Sequence record: PQ306574.1
DNA: 64,000 bases
From: Escherichia phage vB_EcoM_PTE-Eco09
Reading direction: 5' to 3' (one strand)
The first letter of the stretch is position 1; each line of letters starts with the position of its first letter. Below are positions 35,894-46,064 of this stretch, piece by piece. Both the position numbers and the translations under genes were made by a program. The notes below the pieces were generated by a model that did not search any database, was not told the origin of the DNA, and saw only the letters and a list, made by a program, of their open reading frames with translations.

Positions 35894-36402
35894 AAATGAT
35901 TAAACTGATTGGTCTTGCGGCTTTGGTTGCTATGCTTAATGGGTGCGCTGTACATGAACTGGCACTGGCATCTAAGAATACACACGAGTTTGTACGGTCA
36001 TGTGAACGATGGCAGAAAGAGTCACGTTTTCCATTTAATAGCGTTGAAGATTGCGTGATTGACTACCTTGAAAAGAAAGACGCCTCATTACAGCGTTTAG
36101 GTCGTCAACCGGAATCAGCAGAACAGATCGCAAAGATTAAGGCAGATAAAGAAGCAGAGAAGAAACGCATTTACGAATATTATTATGGTCGTGAAAATTC
36201 AATTGAAGAAATGAATCGCAAAGCAATGGAAGATGCCGACCGTCGTAGACAATTTGGAGTATGTGTAATCGGGACGGAAGCAGCATATCAAGATGATCTT
36301 AATAGTGCGTATGATAACGGAGACTACGAAAAAGTTAAAATGCTGCGGTCTAAAGAATACCGTTATAAGCTACGTAAACAATGCGAACAGTTATTAAAAT
36401 AA
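35890..36402 (+). CDS. putative lipoprotein
   Basis: Signal peptide with lipobox-like LNGC (MKMIKLIGLAALVAMLNGC), charged remainder. Confidence 0.5.
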   Translation: MKMIKLIGLAALVAMLNGCAVHELALASKNTHEFVRSCERWQKESRFPFNSVEDCVIDYLEKKDASLQRLGRQPESAEQIAKIKADKEAEKKRIYEYYYGRENSIEEMNRKAMEDADRRRQFGVCVIGTEAAYQDDLNSAYDNGDYEKVKMLRSKEYRYKLRKQCEQLLK

Positions 36403-36403
36403 T

Positions 36404-36432
36404 AAAAGGGGGTATAATCCCCCTTTACATTT
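36404..36432. terminator. bidirectional terminator between convergent genes
   Basis: GGGGGTATAATCCCCC hairpin flanked by AAAA upstream and TTTACATTT downstream. Confidence 0.6.
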
Positions 36433-37360
36433 AGAATAACCTAGTAATAGAGTTGACTATCCTACCACCAACACCCTGTAATCTTGACAATGCACTACCA
36501 GCAAAGGTCAACGAACTTTTTTTACCCTCACCAACAGTATTTTGAATAAGATTTATTGCCTTATCCTCAATCCATTCTCGCGCGGCTTGCTCTCCTACTG
36601 CACCAGTTTGCATAGAACGATATGCGAAAGTAACATCGAATGTTGTGATCTCGTTGTTATTTTCATAACTCAATTCAGGAGAACTAACACCAACTGGAAT
36701 ACATCCACTAAACATCATAATTGTATGTGGTACACCCATTCGGTTATGTAAGTTAACCTGAATATCGGCTTCAACGTCAACAGGAAGCGCACGAAGCCCT
36801 GTAACGGGGTCTTCTACTGAGTTAACCCAATCCTGCATCGCACGGTAATTTGATGCGCTAGCGTCCATTCTAAAGCTCAACACAATCGGATCAAAATCAC
36901 GTCCGGTAATTCGAATGTTTGGCGCATTGTGGTTACGGTCCATTTCATAATTCAATCTGTTTTCTGGAACCTTAACAGCATACACCAGAAGACCGCTTGT
37001 CTTATATGCCATATTGAACCAATCCATGACATATGTACCAACTTCAAATTGCCCCAAAAGAGATTGAACTACTCGTGATGACATTGCACCCAACAAATAT
37101 TTTTTAACACCGGACGAGCTAACAGCTTTACGCACACCACCAATAGCAAGATTTGCTACCGCGTCAGTATAATCCCCACGAGTAATACCAAAATAATCAT
37201 TTAGTTTACCTGGTATAATATCATATACAGCACCACCAAAATTTTCTAGAATTTGCTGCGTCTTGCTACTAGGAACGGTGGCAAACGCCACCGAAAATAG
37301 ATTAGAACGCTGGAAGTCTAGATTAGCGGCTTGTTCATTGAAATCGTTTAAATCAAACAT
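36431..37360 (-). CDS. 54: baseplate tail tube initiator (gp54-like)
   Basis: 309 aa (T4 gp54 about 320); first gene of the 54-48-29-28-27-51 block adjacent to alt; assignment mainly by synteny and size. Confidence 0.65.
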   Translation of the reverse strand: MFDLNDFNEQAANLDFQRSNLFSVAFATVPSSKTQQILENFGGAVYDIIPGKLNDYFGITRGDYTDAVANLAIGGVRKAVSSSGVKKYLLGAMSSRVVQSLLGQFEVGTYVMDWFNMAYKTSGLLVYAVKVPENRLNYEMDRNHNAPNIRITGRDFDPIVLSFRMDASASNYRAMQDWVNSVEDPVTGLRALPVDVEADIQVNLHNRMGVPHTIMMFSGCIPVGVSSPELSYENNNEITTFDVTFAYRSMQTGAVGEQAAREWIEDKAINLIQNTVGEGKKSSLTFAGSALSRLQGVGGRIVNSITRLF

Positions 37361-38418
37361 TATAATTGACTCCCAAATACAGTACCACGGGAAAGAGTAA
37401 GAATCTCCCTGAACGATACTTCCAAAACAAAAGTGCTCGGTAAATTAGGAGATATTGCAAGCCCACCAAATTTACCATCTGGGGATTTATCAAGTCTTAC
37501 GTTAGAAATTTGCGCTGGTCCGAAAACATCACTTCTTCCCTCATATTCAGAACGTTTTCCAAAGTTTGATATCATCCATATAGTAGGATTCGATACAGTG
37601 GTTACGTTTGTCAAAAAGTCAGTTATTCCCTCAAATACAGTACCCGTTGTATCAGCACCTTCTGGAACCGTTTTAGAAAGAATTGTCTTTTTATACCATG
37701 CGTCAACTTCCGCTTTTAATTGTTTTGCGGTACTGGAAATACCACTAGACCCATAAGATAACTCTACAAACGTCTCATAGATAATCAGGATATTTCGTAG
37801 GTCTTCAATACTGCGTGGGGTTAAGTTCCAAACATAGTTTTTAGTTCTAGGATCTGCCCCAGCATACATGCTACGAGCGGTATTATAGATTTGCTCGTTT
37901 TTATCCGCAAGATAACCACCCGTCAAACTTTCCAACCCACCAAATACTGCGGTCGATGCCATAGTAGATAATGCGCCAGAAATAGTGCCACCGCCACGCG
38001 TAACGAGAGATTCACCAACATCATTAAACTTGTGACTTACCGCATCAACATCTGATTGACTACGAGGAAGTAGAATATTAGCAACGGCCTCACGTTCAAA
38101 TCCAACTCCCCTATTACTCGTATATTCTGCCTTACCACCATTAGAAATAGATAGACCAAACCCCTTGATCGTGTTTCCTTTATTTCTGAAATCTCGTAGA
38201 GAGTCGGTAACACGACTTTTATAATCATAGGCAGTAAACAACAAGCCGTTATTATAAAGGTCATTTATGTATATACCAGATGAATCATTGCCGCTAGCTC
38301 GTTCAGATGGAAATTGAGCGGTTAAAGTTGACTTGTCTTGTTTTTGAGTAAAACCAGCAGACGCTTTGACGCCTTTGTTAAAGGCGTCTTTAGCATCATC
38401 CAAAATTTGAATTTTCAT
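37360..38418 (-). CDS. 48: baseplate tail tube cap (gp48-like)
   Basis: 352 aa (T4 about 364); synteny. Confidence 0.6.
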   Translation of the reverse strand: MKIQILDDAKDAFNKGVKASAGFTQKQDKSTLTAQFPSERASGNDSSGIYINDLYNNGLLFTAYDYKSRVTDSLRDFRNKGNTIKGFGLSISNGGKAEYTSNRGVGFEREAVANILLPRSQSDVDAVSHKFNDVGESLVTRGGGTISGALSTMASTAVFGGLESLTGGYLADKNEQIYNTARSMYAGADPRTKNYVWNLTPRSIEDLRNILIIYETFVELSYGSSGISSTAKQLKAEVDAWYKKTILSKTVPEGADTTGTVFEGITDFLTNVTTVSNPTIWMISNFGKRSEYEGRSDVFGPAQISNVRLDKSPDGKFGGLAISPNLPSTFVLEVSFREILTLSRGTVFGSQL

Positions 38419-38419
38419 A

Positions 38420-40105
38420 TTAAACTATTCCTTTCTGTAATAGACCGGGAGAAGGTGTACTAGTTTGAGGTCTGGTTATCTGAACCGTTCTATTATTGTT
38501 ATAGATCTGCGTGTTTGCAACGTTGGCAGTATTAGTAACAGTATTATCGTTTCTAATATTTTGTAGCTGACCTTGTTCTATAGACTTAGCTTGTTTTGCT
38601 GTATCGGTTTCATCCGGTGGCGGTGGAGTAACAGCAGGTGCGTTCTTAGTAATACGAATCTTGTCGTATTGGTCAAGAAGTTCTTTAATTTTCTGTCTGT
38701 CTGTAGAAAGAAGGTCTGGATTGTCCAACACTTTACGCTGTTCATTAACATCATTATCAAGCGCAGCTAATTTATCTGGAAGAGTACCCGGTTTTACGGT
38801 CTTTAACATAGAGATATTTCGAACCATGTCACCCTCAACGTCAATAGTGATATTGCTACTCTTTCTATAGGCATCATCACTAACAGATTTTAGCTCTTTC
38901 ATCCTAGTAACTTCATATTTTTCCTGTTCAGTTAAAATAGGCTCTACTTGCATACTTGCCATACTGCTATATTGCTGATTAGCAAGTTTTGCTTGAGTCT
39001 GCATACCTTTCTGAATTTCTTCTTCTTTCTTCATACGGGCGTACAACTCTTTTTCTCGTTCATCCATTTTAACACCGCTACGCGCTTGTGCTTGTTTTAA
39101 AGCACCATATTCCAGAGTATCAGCCAACGAACCCATACCAGGAATAGAACGAAGTACCGACGCAAGACCTTTAGTTATTATTCTATCAAGCTGAAAAAAC
39201 GCATCAACCAACACATCAGCCAAACCACTAACAAGCTCGGTTACAAGTTCACCATATTCTTTATTTTCCCAATAGTTTTGTATACTTTCAACGGAAGTTA
39301 AAACTTTATCTAATGTAGAACCCCAATTTCCTGCCTTCCTCATAAACTCGCCAAAGTTCTCGTCAAACTGCTTACTCCAGTATCTAAAATGAATCATTAG
39401 AGTATCAACAGCAACAACGATCCCCAGAAGAATAGCTCCCCATTTGACAACCTCAAACATTGCGGTCACCGTCATTTTAAACAGCATAGAGAATATCTTG
39501 TTGGATACACCAACAGTCTCTTTAAATCCACCGCGAACCGCTTTGAGTAGCAGTTGCATATTATTGTCACGGTCGCTATTCTTATCTTTCTTTTTCTTTT
39601 TATTATCGTCTTTAGGCTTCTTAGGTAACGTAGGGTAGTTATCGTTATTTTGTTGTTCCGGTACACTCGGCAAAACTGGTTGCGGTGATGGCATAGTTTG
39701 TTCCGGCTGTTTATCATCCTTGATGGCATTTTCGATTGCATCGAGACCACTGGTGATCTTAGAAACGACGCTGAATCGACGTTCCATCATGACACCAAAA
39801 CCGCGTAATTTCTCATTCATTTGAGAAGAAAAGCTATTCAACTTCTGCAATTCTTCATAGGTTTTTTGAGTATTGCCAGCGGTAGATTGTGTGTTTTCTG
39901 CCGTTAATTCGTTGGCTGCGGTGTTATCCTCCACCGCTCCAATAACTTCATTAGATTTTTGTTCTACTGTCTCCGCCACCAATTCACTTGCAGCTTGAAG
40001 ATTATCAATAGAATCAAGTTTATCTAATTTGTTAAGTTTATCAATCGGGTTTTCTTCCGCTTCCTTGCGCATCCCGCGAAATGATGTTAATGCGTCATTA
40101 TTCAT
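38420..40105 (-). CDS. 29: baseplate hub / tail length determinator (gp29-like)
   Basis: 561 aa (T4 about 590), coiled-coil-rich with hydrophobic central segment; synteny. Confidence 0.6.
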   Translation of the reverse strand: MNNDALTSFRGMRKEAEENPIDKLNKLDKLDSIDNLQAASELVAETVEQKSNEVIGAVEDNTAANELTAENTQSTAGNTQKTYEELQKLNSFSSQMNEKLRGFGVMMERRFSVVSKITSGLDAIENAIKDDKQPEQTMPSPQPVLPSVPEQQNNDNYPTLPKKPKDDNKKKKKDKNSDRDNNMQLLLKAVRGGFKETVGVSNKIFSMLFKMTVTAMFEVVKWGAILLGIVVAVDTLMIHFRYWSKQFDENFGEFMRKAGNWGSTLDKVLTSVESIQNYWENKEYGELVTELVSGLADVLVDAFFQLDRIITKGLASVLRSIPGMGSLADTLEYGALKQAQARSGVKMDEREKELYARMKKEEEIQKGMQTQAKLANQQYSSMASMQVEPILTEQEKYEVTRMKELKSVSDDAYRKSSNITIDVEGDMVRNISMLKTVKPGTLPDKLAALDNDVNEQRKVLDNPDLLSTDRQKIKELLDQYDKIRITKNAPAVTPPPPDETDTAKQAKSIEQGQLQNIRNDNTVTNTANVANTQIYNNNRTVQITRPQTSTPSPGLLQKGIV

Positions 40106-40623
40106 GATAGGAGATCCAATATGTTAATGCCACCATAGATAGTACCTTCTGGAGTATCTAAGGCAACGGTTTTTCTTAATCCTGTAGCCCAATTCATAAT
40201 AAACGCTGGGAATTTATGAAAGTCTACACTAGGATCGTGATAGTGATTGCTTAGGAAATTTGCATCATCATGTGTATATTCAGAAGAGAGCATAGGAGGC
40301 GTGAACTTGAATTTCTCGCCATTAAATTCAAACTCCGATTCTGTACAGATATAAACATCATCCAATCGCAAACCATCTTTTTCTTCTAGGCATTTGCCAT
40401 TAAAAGAGCATAAGTGAAGCATAACATATTCTGCTTCGGCTGCATTTAGTCCTGGGTGAATGGAATCAAGTAGAATTTTTAAAGTATCTTCACAGCTACG
40501 AACATCTTTTAATAATCTGTGCTGTTTGATCCCCATTTTAGGGATCTTGATATGTTTCCCGTTAACGGTAATATTTTTAACAGGAACAACAAATTTTAGA
40601 GATGGTTTAGTATCAGTCATCAT
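40102..40623 (-). CDS. 28: baseplate hub distal subunit (gp28-like)
   Basis: 173 aa (T4 about 177); synteny. Confidence 0.55.
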   Translation of the reverse strand: MMTDTKPSLKFVVPVKNITVNGKHIKIPKMGIKQHRLLKDVRSCEDTLKILLDSIHPGLNAAEAEYVMLHLCSFNGKCLEEKDGLRLDDVYICTESEFEFNGEKFKFTPPMLSSEYTHDDANFLSNHYHDPSVDFHKFPAFIMNWATGLRKTVALDTPEGTIYGGINILDLLS

Positions 40624-41729
40624 ATTTTACCTTCAAATTGTACATCTTTCAAAATCTCACTATGACTAAACATGTGAATATGTGTTAATGATTGTTCTCG
40701 ACAAATTTCATGAACAACTTCATCGACAATAAAATCGGTGCGAATTTGCTGTTTAGCATCAAAGAATCTTAGCTTTTGTGCTGGACGTAGAGAGAAATTA
40801 CCATGACACACCGCGCTGGCATAGGAATCAAATTGTCCAAAAGTTGCCAGTTTAGAACCTTCAAGATACGCGTTTTTATATGTCAAATTACCATAAGCGC
40901 CACCATGAGCAAAATGAGCTATGTTATCACCATTACCCACTACAATCTTGTTATACTGCTTCGTGATGAAATCAATTGTTGTGTAAGTGACATTAGCGAA
41001 TGAGTTTTTTGTTACCGCATTACTCTTAGTATCCCACTCAAAGTTAAACACCATCAAATATTCGCTCATATCCATGAATTGTCCTGTTAGGGTAGGCTCG
41101 GTGACGATAGCAGGAATTGGATCACCCTGCATCAGTAGTTTATGATCGGTGATCTTGATCCCGTCAAAGTCCTCCCAACAATAAACGAACGATTCGTTGT
41201 CTACACTCTGACCATGCGTTCTCACATATTCAAAATAATCGTTAACGGTGTTCACCCACGGACACTTAGGAATGAATACGTTTACTCCCGTAATGGCAGG
41301 TTTCCACAATGGAACATTTTTATAGATCGCGTCTATCATACTGGTGATGTTATTCACCGCGTTAGTGTCGGTAGCGCGAGAAAACTTTAGATTCAGCGTT
41401 TCATGGTAGCTCTTTAACTGGAAGGTTATTATATTATCGGCCTTAGAGTCAACCGTCACATTACTATGCGCGATACCATATATCCGGTTGAATACTTGTT
41501 CAGTATTAGCCGTTGATAATGAAATTTGTATAATCTCTGTTCCTGCTAATTTCGTATGAAGCGCCTTAGAATCATATATTTGTAACAATCCTTCATTGAC
41601 ACCACGAAGAGAATCACGTAATGTCATTGTAATGAAGGTAGCACCCAATTCAACAAATCTATTTTCCAAAAATGCTTCATAATCTTGATATAGCTTTATA
41701 GAGACGTTAGGAAATCCGGGTCTTTGCAT
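40620..41729 (-). CDS. 27: baseplate hub subunit (gp27-like)
   Basis: 369 aa (T4 about 391); synteny. Confidence 0.6.
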   Translation of the reverse strand: MQRPGFPNVSIKLYQDYEAFLENRFVELGATFITMTLRDSLRGVNEGLLQIYDSKALHTKLAGTEIIQISLSTANTEQVFNRIYGIAHSNVTVDSKADNIITFQLKSYHETLNLKFSRATDTNAVNNITSMIDAIYKNVPLWKPAITGVNVFIPKCPWVNTVNDYFEYVRTHGQSVDNESFVYCWEDFDGIKITDHKLLMQGDPIPAIVTEPTLTGQFMDMSEYLMVFNFEWDTKSNAVTKNSFANVTYTTIDFITKQYNKIVVGNGDNIAHFAHGGAYGNLTYKNAYLEGSKLATFGQFDSYASAVCHGNFSLRPAQKLRFFDAKQQIRTDFIVDEVVHEICREQSLTHIHMFSHSEILKDVQFEGKI

Positions 41730-42480
41730 TATTTGCCTCTTTAACGTCTTTTTCTACTAATGTTAGGGCGATATTTCTTTCTACTGGCAACATATCCATT
41801 AGATCACCAAACGAATAACTACTTTTCACAAGCAGATGATTAATCCTATAAAAAGTAAAAAGCTCATCTGGATTAAGGATTAGTTTATATAACCCCAACA
41901 AATCGGTATATCTTAATTCGTGTGTATCACAGCATTTGATCTTCTGCTCAATCAAAATGGTGTGCATTTTCTTTACTATGGTTTCAAATTCTGAGAAGGA
42001 TATCGAATCTATAACCTGATCGCGCACTTCCTCCGGCAATTCGGTCCATGCATACTCATTATCACCATCAGAAACGCTCTCAATCGCTTCTAGAAACGTT
42101 TTTGCGTAGTCGGTTGATGGTTTCACATACTTAAACTTAATTTTAAGTCCAGCCGTTTCTAGGACGATTGGTTGCAGTGCCGGAACAGCAAGGTTTAACA
42201 ATATTCGCTTTTCCTTACCGCAGGTCGGACACTTAAAAGAAAGTGGTAATTTTGTTTTACCTATTGAGCTAGTAAAAACGTTCAGGAAAATATATTCTCG
42301 GAATATCGGGTCCACATCAGGGTATAATTCCTCCAACAATTCATCTAGAATCAATTGTTCCTCCGATGGATTGCCCTTCATATCAGCCGAAACTAAAAGA
42401 AAATCACGATAATCTTTTACAGTGAATGGCTTAAAACGTTTAGCCCCGCCATCTGGCATTTTAATTCGTATAACATTCAT
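41707..42480 (-). CDS. 51: baseplate hub assembly catalyst (gp51-like)
   Basis: 257 aa (T4 about 249); synteny; TATAAATA late promoter 21 nt upstream. Confidence 0.55.
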   Translation of the reverse strand: MNVIRIKMPDGGAKRFKPFTVKDYRDFLLVSADMKGNPSEEQLILDELLEELYPDVDPIFREYIFLNVFTSSIGKTKLPLSFKCPTCGKEKRILLNLAVPALQPIVLETAGLKIKFKYVKPSTDYAKTFLEAIESVSDGDNEYAWTELPEEVRDQVIDSISFSEFETIVKKMHTILIEQKIKCCDTHELRYTDLLGLYKLILNPDELFTFYRINHLLVKSSYSFGDLMDMLPVERNIALTLVEKDVKEANNAKTRIS

Positions 42481-42500
42481 AATACAATCCCCCTTTCGGG

Positions 42501-42508
42501 TATTTATA
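42501..42508 (-). promoter_or_regulatory. T4-type late promoter (TATAAATA) for gene 51
   Basis: TATTTATA on + strand = TATAAATA on - strand just upstream of gene 51 start. Confidence 0.55.
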
Positions 42509-42540
42509 AAATACTAAATAATTTCTATGTATCATAAGAG

Positions 42541-43179
42541 GTGTATACTATGCAACATATTTTCAAGATTAAGTTAGGTGATAAGACGATCACCGCTAGA
42601 GCATTCACCTATGAAGAATTTCAGAAACTAGTAGAATATAAGAGCACCGGACGTCTTAAGGAAGCGGTATTAGACATTATCAATGATTGCACAGGAATTA
42701 ACGCATTAGAGTTAGAGAAATGCGAGGCTGAATACCTATTCCTTATGCTATGGTGTCATAGCCTAGCAAAAGAAAATTTCAAATCTACGTGGGTGTGTGG
42801 AGTATGTAACAAAGAGAAAGAATATAATCTTAATGTTGAACGGACACAGATCCCAGACACAGAACCATATCTGTTAGATTTAGGAGGGGTTAAAATCAAA
42901 TTCCGTCCTCCGCGTTTTACAGAAGATGACGATATCATGCAGATGGTAATTGCTTGTATTGATTATATTGTCATTGATAATCAGGAATTTGATATTCATG
43001 ACCTAAACGAACAAGACTTCGACACCATACTAAGTATGTTGACAACAGAACACGTAGAGACTATCATCGATGAATTGACAGGTCCACAAATCACACTGGC
43101 AGTACCGATCAAGTGTGATTGCGGGGAGTCCGGTATTCATTCGATCAGGGGTCTTAATGAATTTCTGACGATCCTTTGA
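42541..43179 (+). CDS. 26: baseplate hub subunit (gp26-like)
   Basis: 212 aa (T4 about 208), divergent from gene 51 and directly upstream of confirmed gene 25. Confidence 0.6.
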   Translation: MYTMQHIFKIKLGDKTITARAFTYEEFQKLVEYKSTGRLKEAVLDIINDCTGINALELEKCEAEYLFLMLWCHSLAKENFKSTWVCGVCNKEKEYNLNVERTQIPDTEPYLLDLGGVKIKFRPPRFTEDDDIMQMVIACIDYIVIDNQEFDIHDLNEQDFDTILSMLTTEHVETIIDELTGPQITLAVPIKCDCGESGIHSIRGLNEFLTIL

Positions 43180-43186
43180 GGTAGTT

Positions 43187-43573
43187 ATGACAACAGTTAA
43201 CCAGATGTACACTGACTTAAACCTAGAGTTTAAGCTAGCATGGAACAACGATATTAAAAAGAACACAGGGATTAAAGCGATTAAAGATTCCATATTGCTG
43301 ATCATAACCACGGCTAAGGGATCTCGCCCGTTTGATCCGAACTTTGGATGCGATCTAAACCGCGCACTATTCGAAAACATCAACCCATTGACTGTGGATA
43401 CCTTGTCTAAGAACATAACCGAATCGATAAGAAACTACGAACCACGAGTAAAAAGGCTTGACGTAGACGTCACTCCGCAGTATGATGAGAACTCGATTAT
43501 AGTAACGGTTTATTTTTCTGTTATAGACAATCCAGATGAGTTAGAACAACTTAGAGTTAGATTGTCTAAATGA
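43187..43573 (+). CDS. 25: baseplate wedge subunit gp25
   Basis: Strong match to recalled T4 gp25 (IITT.KGSRPFDP.FGCDL...LFEN..PLT.DT....I..S.RNYEPR...L.V.V.P.YD...I.V...FSVIDNPD..EQ). Confidence 0.9.
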   Translation: MTTVNQMYTDLNLEFKLAWNNDIKKNTGIKAIKDSILLIITTAKGSRPFDPNFGCDLNRALFENINPLTVDTLSKNITESIRNYEPRVKRLDVDVTPQYDENSIIVTVYFSVIDNPDELEQLRVRLSK

Positions 43574-43588
43574 TTGAGGTGTTTTATT

Positions 43589-43996
43589 ATGGATCTGAAT
43601 GAACTAAAAGACCAGCTTGACGCTGACGTCAAGATCGACGCAACAAAGCTACAATGGGAAGCACTTAATAACCCTGTAGTTTACTCTAAATGGCTGCGTG
43701 TGTATAGTGAAGCAAAGCGCGAGATCATTGCGCTGGAAGCAAAGAAAAAGAAAGCCACAAAAAATAAACTTGACTTTTACACTAATCGTAGTGATGAATG
43801 GTGTAGAGTGGAGTACGCCACATCAGAATTGAAAGTTGTGATGGCGGCAGATGATGATATCCTACCATTGGATACAAAAATTGCTTATTATCAAATGGTT
43901 ATGGATTTTGCTGGCAAGGCTCTTGATATAATCAAATCACGAGGATTCGCGATCAAGAATGCTATAGAGTTGCGTATGCTTGAGTCTGGAAAGTAA
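43589..43996 (+). CDS. uvsY: recombination mediator UvsY
   Basis: Matches recalled T4 UvsY (D.TKLQ.EA.NN...YSKWL, DEW, LDF...ALD.IKSRGFAIK, E.GK at C-terminus); ATG 43589 after SD GAGGTG. Confidence 0.85.
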   Translation: MDLNELKDQLDADVKIDATKLQWEALNNPVVYSKWLRVYSEAKREIIALEAKKKKATKNKLDFYTNRSDEWCRVEYATSELKVVMAADDDILPLDTKIAYYQMVMDFAGKALDIIKSRGFAIKNAIELRMLESGK

Positions 43997-44008
43997 GACA
44001 CTAAATAT

Positions 44009-44200
44009 ATGCAGGAGGAAGGATTTATGACTTGTATTTGTGCTGTATGTAAACAGCCAATCGAAATGGCGTTGGCTGTTAAAATCGAAAATCATGTTGT
44101 TCATCCGGGATATTGCGAAGAATTTGCAAGCCGGAATCATTTGAGCGAATCAAGTGCAGAAGAACAAGAACAACTGGTAGAAACTACTTTGATTCTCTAA
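44009..44200 (+). CDS. hypothetical Cys-rich small protein
   Basis: 63-aa ORF with CICAVCKQ...C motif after uvsY. Confidence 0.35.
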   Translation: MQEEGFMTCICAVCKQPIEMALAVKIENHVVHPGYCEEFASRNHLSESSAEEQEQLVETTLIL

Positions 44201-44238
44201 AGGAATTTGTTGATAACCGATTTTAATTGGTTTATTTC

Positions 44239-44264
44239 GCCCCATCAATGATGGGGCTTTTTTG
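44239..44264 (+). terminator. intrinsic terminator
   Basis: GCCCCAT-CAATG-ATGGGGC hairpin followed by TTTTTTG. Confidence 0.7.
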
Positions 44265-44278
44265 TATCCGATGATTTA

Positions 44279-44515
44279 TTAAAAATCCTCTTCCGGCTCC
44301 TCTTCCGGCTCATTTTCACTCTCTAACTGTTTTCTTCGACCTGCGATTGCATCACGAATAGAGATATCATCTGACGGTTTGAGATCGGTCTCTTTCTTGC
44401 GCTTTTCATAATATTTTTCAAGCTCGTCCAAACCTTCCATAGTATTACAAGAATAGATTTTATTCATGAAACCATCAATAACCGCCTCGGCTAAGAATCG
44501 TTTAAAACTAATCAT
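44279..44515 (-). CDS. uvsW.1: UvsW.1-like small acidic protein
   Basis: 78-aa ORF immediately downstream of uvsW (T4 UvsW.1 about 76 aa); assignment by position and size. Confidence 0.4.
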   Translation of the reverse strand: MISFKRFLAEAVIDGFMNKIYSCNTMEGLDELEKYYEKRKKETDLKPSDDISIRDAIAGRRKQLESENEPEEEPEEDF

Positions 44516-44536
44516 TTTTAATCTCCGTAAAAATAA

Positions 44537-44556
44537 GGGGCATACAGCCCCTATTT
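44537..44556 (-). terminator. hairpin/attenuator between uvsW and uvsW.1
   Basis: GGGGC-ATACA-GCCCC hairpin with T-rich flank on - strand. Confidence 0.45.
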
Positions 44557-44557
44557 A

Positions 44558-46060
44558 TTAAATTTCGATTGTTTTGGTTGAATAATCGAATTTATCTTCG
44601 TTGTACACTCGAACCCTTTCTATGCCGTGCTTAGTTGCGTAATTGAGATGACTATATTGCTTCTTAGCGGTCTTACTCTTTGTCTTTATACCCAACAAAT
44701 CAATAATATCCCATACATAAGCAATATCCTTAGAACCATGCTTACGCAATGCACGACCAATACTTTGACGAACAATAGTAGACTCTTTGACAGGATGACC
44801 GAAAATTACATGGTGTAAGTTCTTGATAGAAACGCCAGTAGAGAAAACGCCGTAGGAGGCGACGCAAATGATCCCGGTCTCTCCTTCCGCTAATTTTTTG
44901 AACTCGTCTCGTTCCGCAGTCTTAACCCCACCATCAATGTAGTAAACCTTATCATGTACCTTCTGTAAGGCTTCATACATCATTTTTCCGTGTTTAGTGT
45001 TGCGAAACATTAAAAAGACGTTTTCGTTCTTCTTAGCGAGTTTTAGTGCCAAATTACACACAAACTTATTCCGTCTGCCGTGTGAAGTTATATATTTGAT
45101 CTCTTCCGCGTATTCTTTCCCCTTAATAGCCGCGCATTCATCATCAGCATATTTTAGGAATAGACAGTTGATTTTCAGTTTTGTAACTTGTCCTTCATCC
45201 ATAAGACGATCAATACTTACGATCCTAGATATATCTCCAAACAATCCAACGTATTGCAAAGCATTACACTTACCCTCACGAGGTGAACCAGTCATACCAA
45301 TCTTAAATTGGCAATGAGTCATATCATTTACAATATTTTGAAGGTTTTTAGCGGTTGCTTTGTGACATTCATCGACAATAACCATTCCGTATTGCTGGAA
45401 CCACTCTTTAGGCATCTTACATGCAGATTGCCAAGTTGAAACAGTTATCAATCGTTCCCCCGGATGTTTTTGGCTACCACTCATCATTGTATGGATAGCC
45501 TCAAAAGGGAATAGCCTATAATCAATGAAGTCATCACGCATCTGGAGAACAAGAGAAGTAGTTGGAACAATGATTAACACCTTTCCCTCGTAGTTTTCCA
45601 GATACCATCGAGATAATAAACAAGCAATCAAACTTTTACCAGCAGAAGTAGGCAAAACTAACATTCTACGACGATTATGTATACCCTGAAATACAGCTTC
45701 ACTTTGATACCAGTGAGGGGTGATCTTATTAGCGCCAGAATATATCGCCAACGAACCGATCCAACTGTCAATGTCTTCTTTAGTGATTTTCTCCTTTTCC
45801 AGAAGACGGGGATCAATCCAAACAGAATAGCTCATATTCTTAGCAAAGATACCCAAAGTTTTGATCAGTCCGATAGGAAGAGTGTTTTCATAGGTAAATA
45901 GCCGGATTCGCCCATCCCATTGCCCGTAGCGATAACGAGGATTAAATCTTGCACCTTCAATCTCAAAAGAAAAATAGTCTCGTAGTTCCATAGATATTGA
46001 ATCAGAGCATTCAATTTTAACAAAACTATAATTCATAAAATGCACATGAATATCTTGCAT
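44558..46060 (-). CDS. uvsW: DNA helicase UvsW
   Basis: Extensive match to recalled T4 UvsW (HWYQ, NRRR.L.LPTSAGKSLI, YLENYEGK.LIIVPTT, DEC, GSPR.GK.N..QYVG.FG.I, KLKIN, HG..NK..., VASYGVFSTG.S.KNLHHV, KHGSK.IA.VWD.ID, Y.HLNY..KHGI.R). Confidence 0.9.
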   Translation of the reverse strand: MQDIHVHFMNYSFVKIECSDSISMELRDYFSFEIEGARFNPRYRYGQWDGRIRLFTYENTLPIGLIKTLGIFAKNMSYSVWIDPRLLEKEKITKEDIDSWIGSLAIYSGANKITPHWYQSEAVFQGIHNRRRMLVLPTSAGKSLIACLLSRWYLENYEGKVLIIVPTTSLVLQMRDDFIDYRLFPFEAIHTMMSGSQKHPGERLITVSTWQSACKMPKEWFQQYGMVIVDECHKATAKNLQNIVNDMTHCQFKIGMTGSPREGKCNALQYVGLFGDISRIVSIDRLMDEGQVTKLKINCLFLKYADDECAAIKGKEYAEEIKYITSHGRRNKFVCNLALKLAKKNENVFLMFRNTKHGKMMYEALQKVHDKVYYIDGGVKTAERDEFKKLAEGETGIICVASYGVFSTGVSIKNLHHVIFGHPVKESTIVRQSIGRALRKHGSKDIAYVWDIIDLLGIKTKSKTAKKQYSHLNYATKHGIERVRVYNEDKFDYSTKTIEI

Positions 46061-46064
46061 CACA

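Noticed and set aside
42504-42511. + strand late promoter for gene 26 (TATAAAAT)
   Set aside because: One mismatch from the TATAAATA consensus and overlapping the clear - strand late promoter; not supportable from sequence alone.
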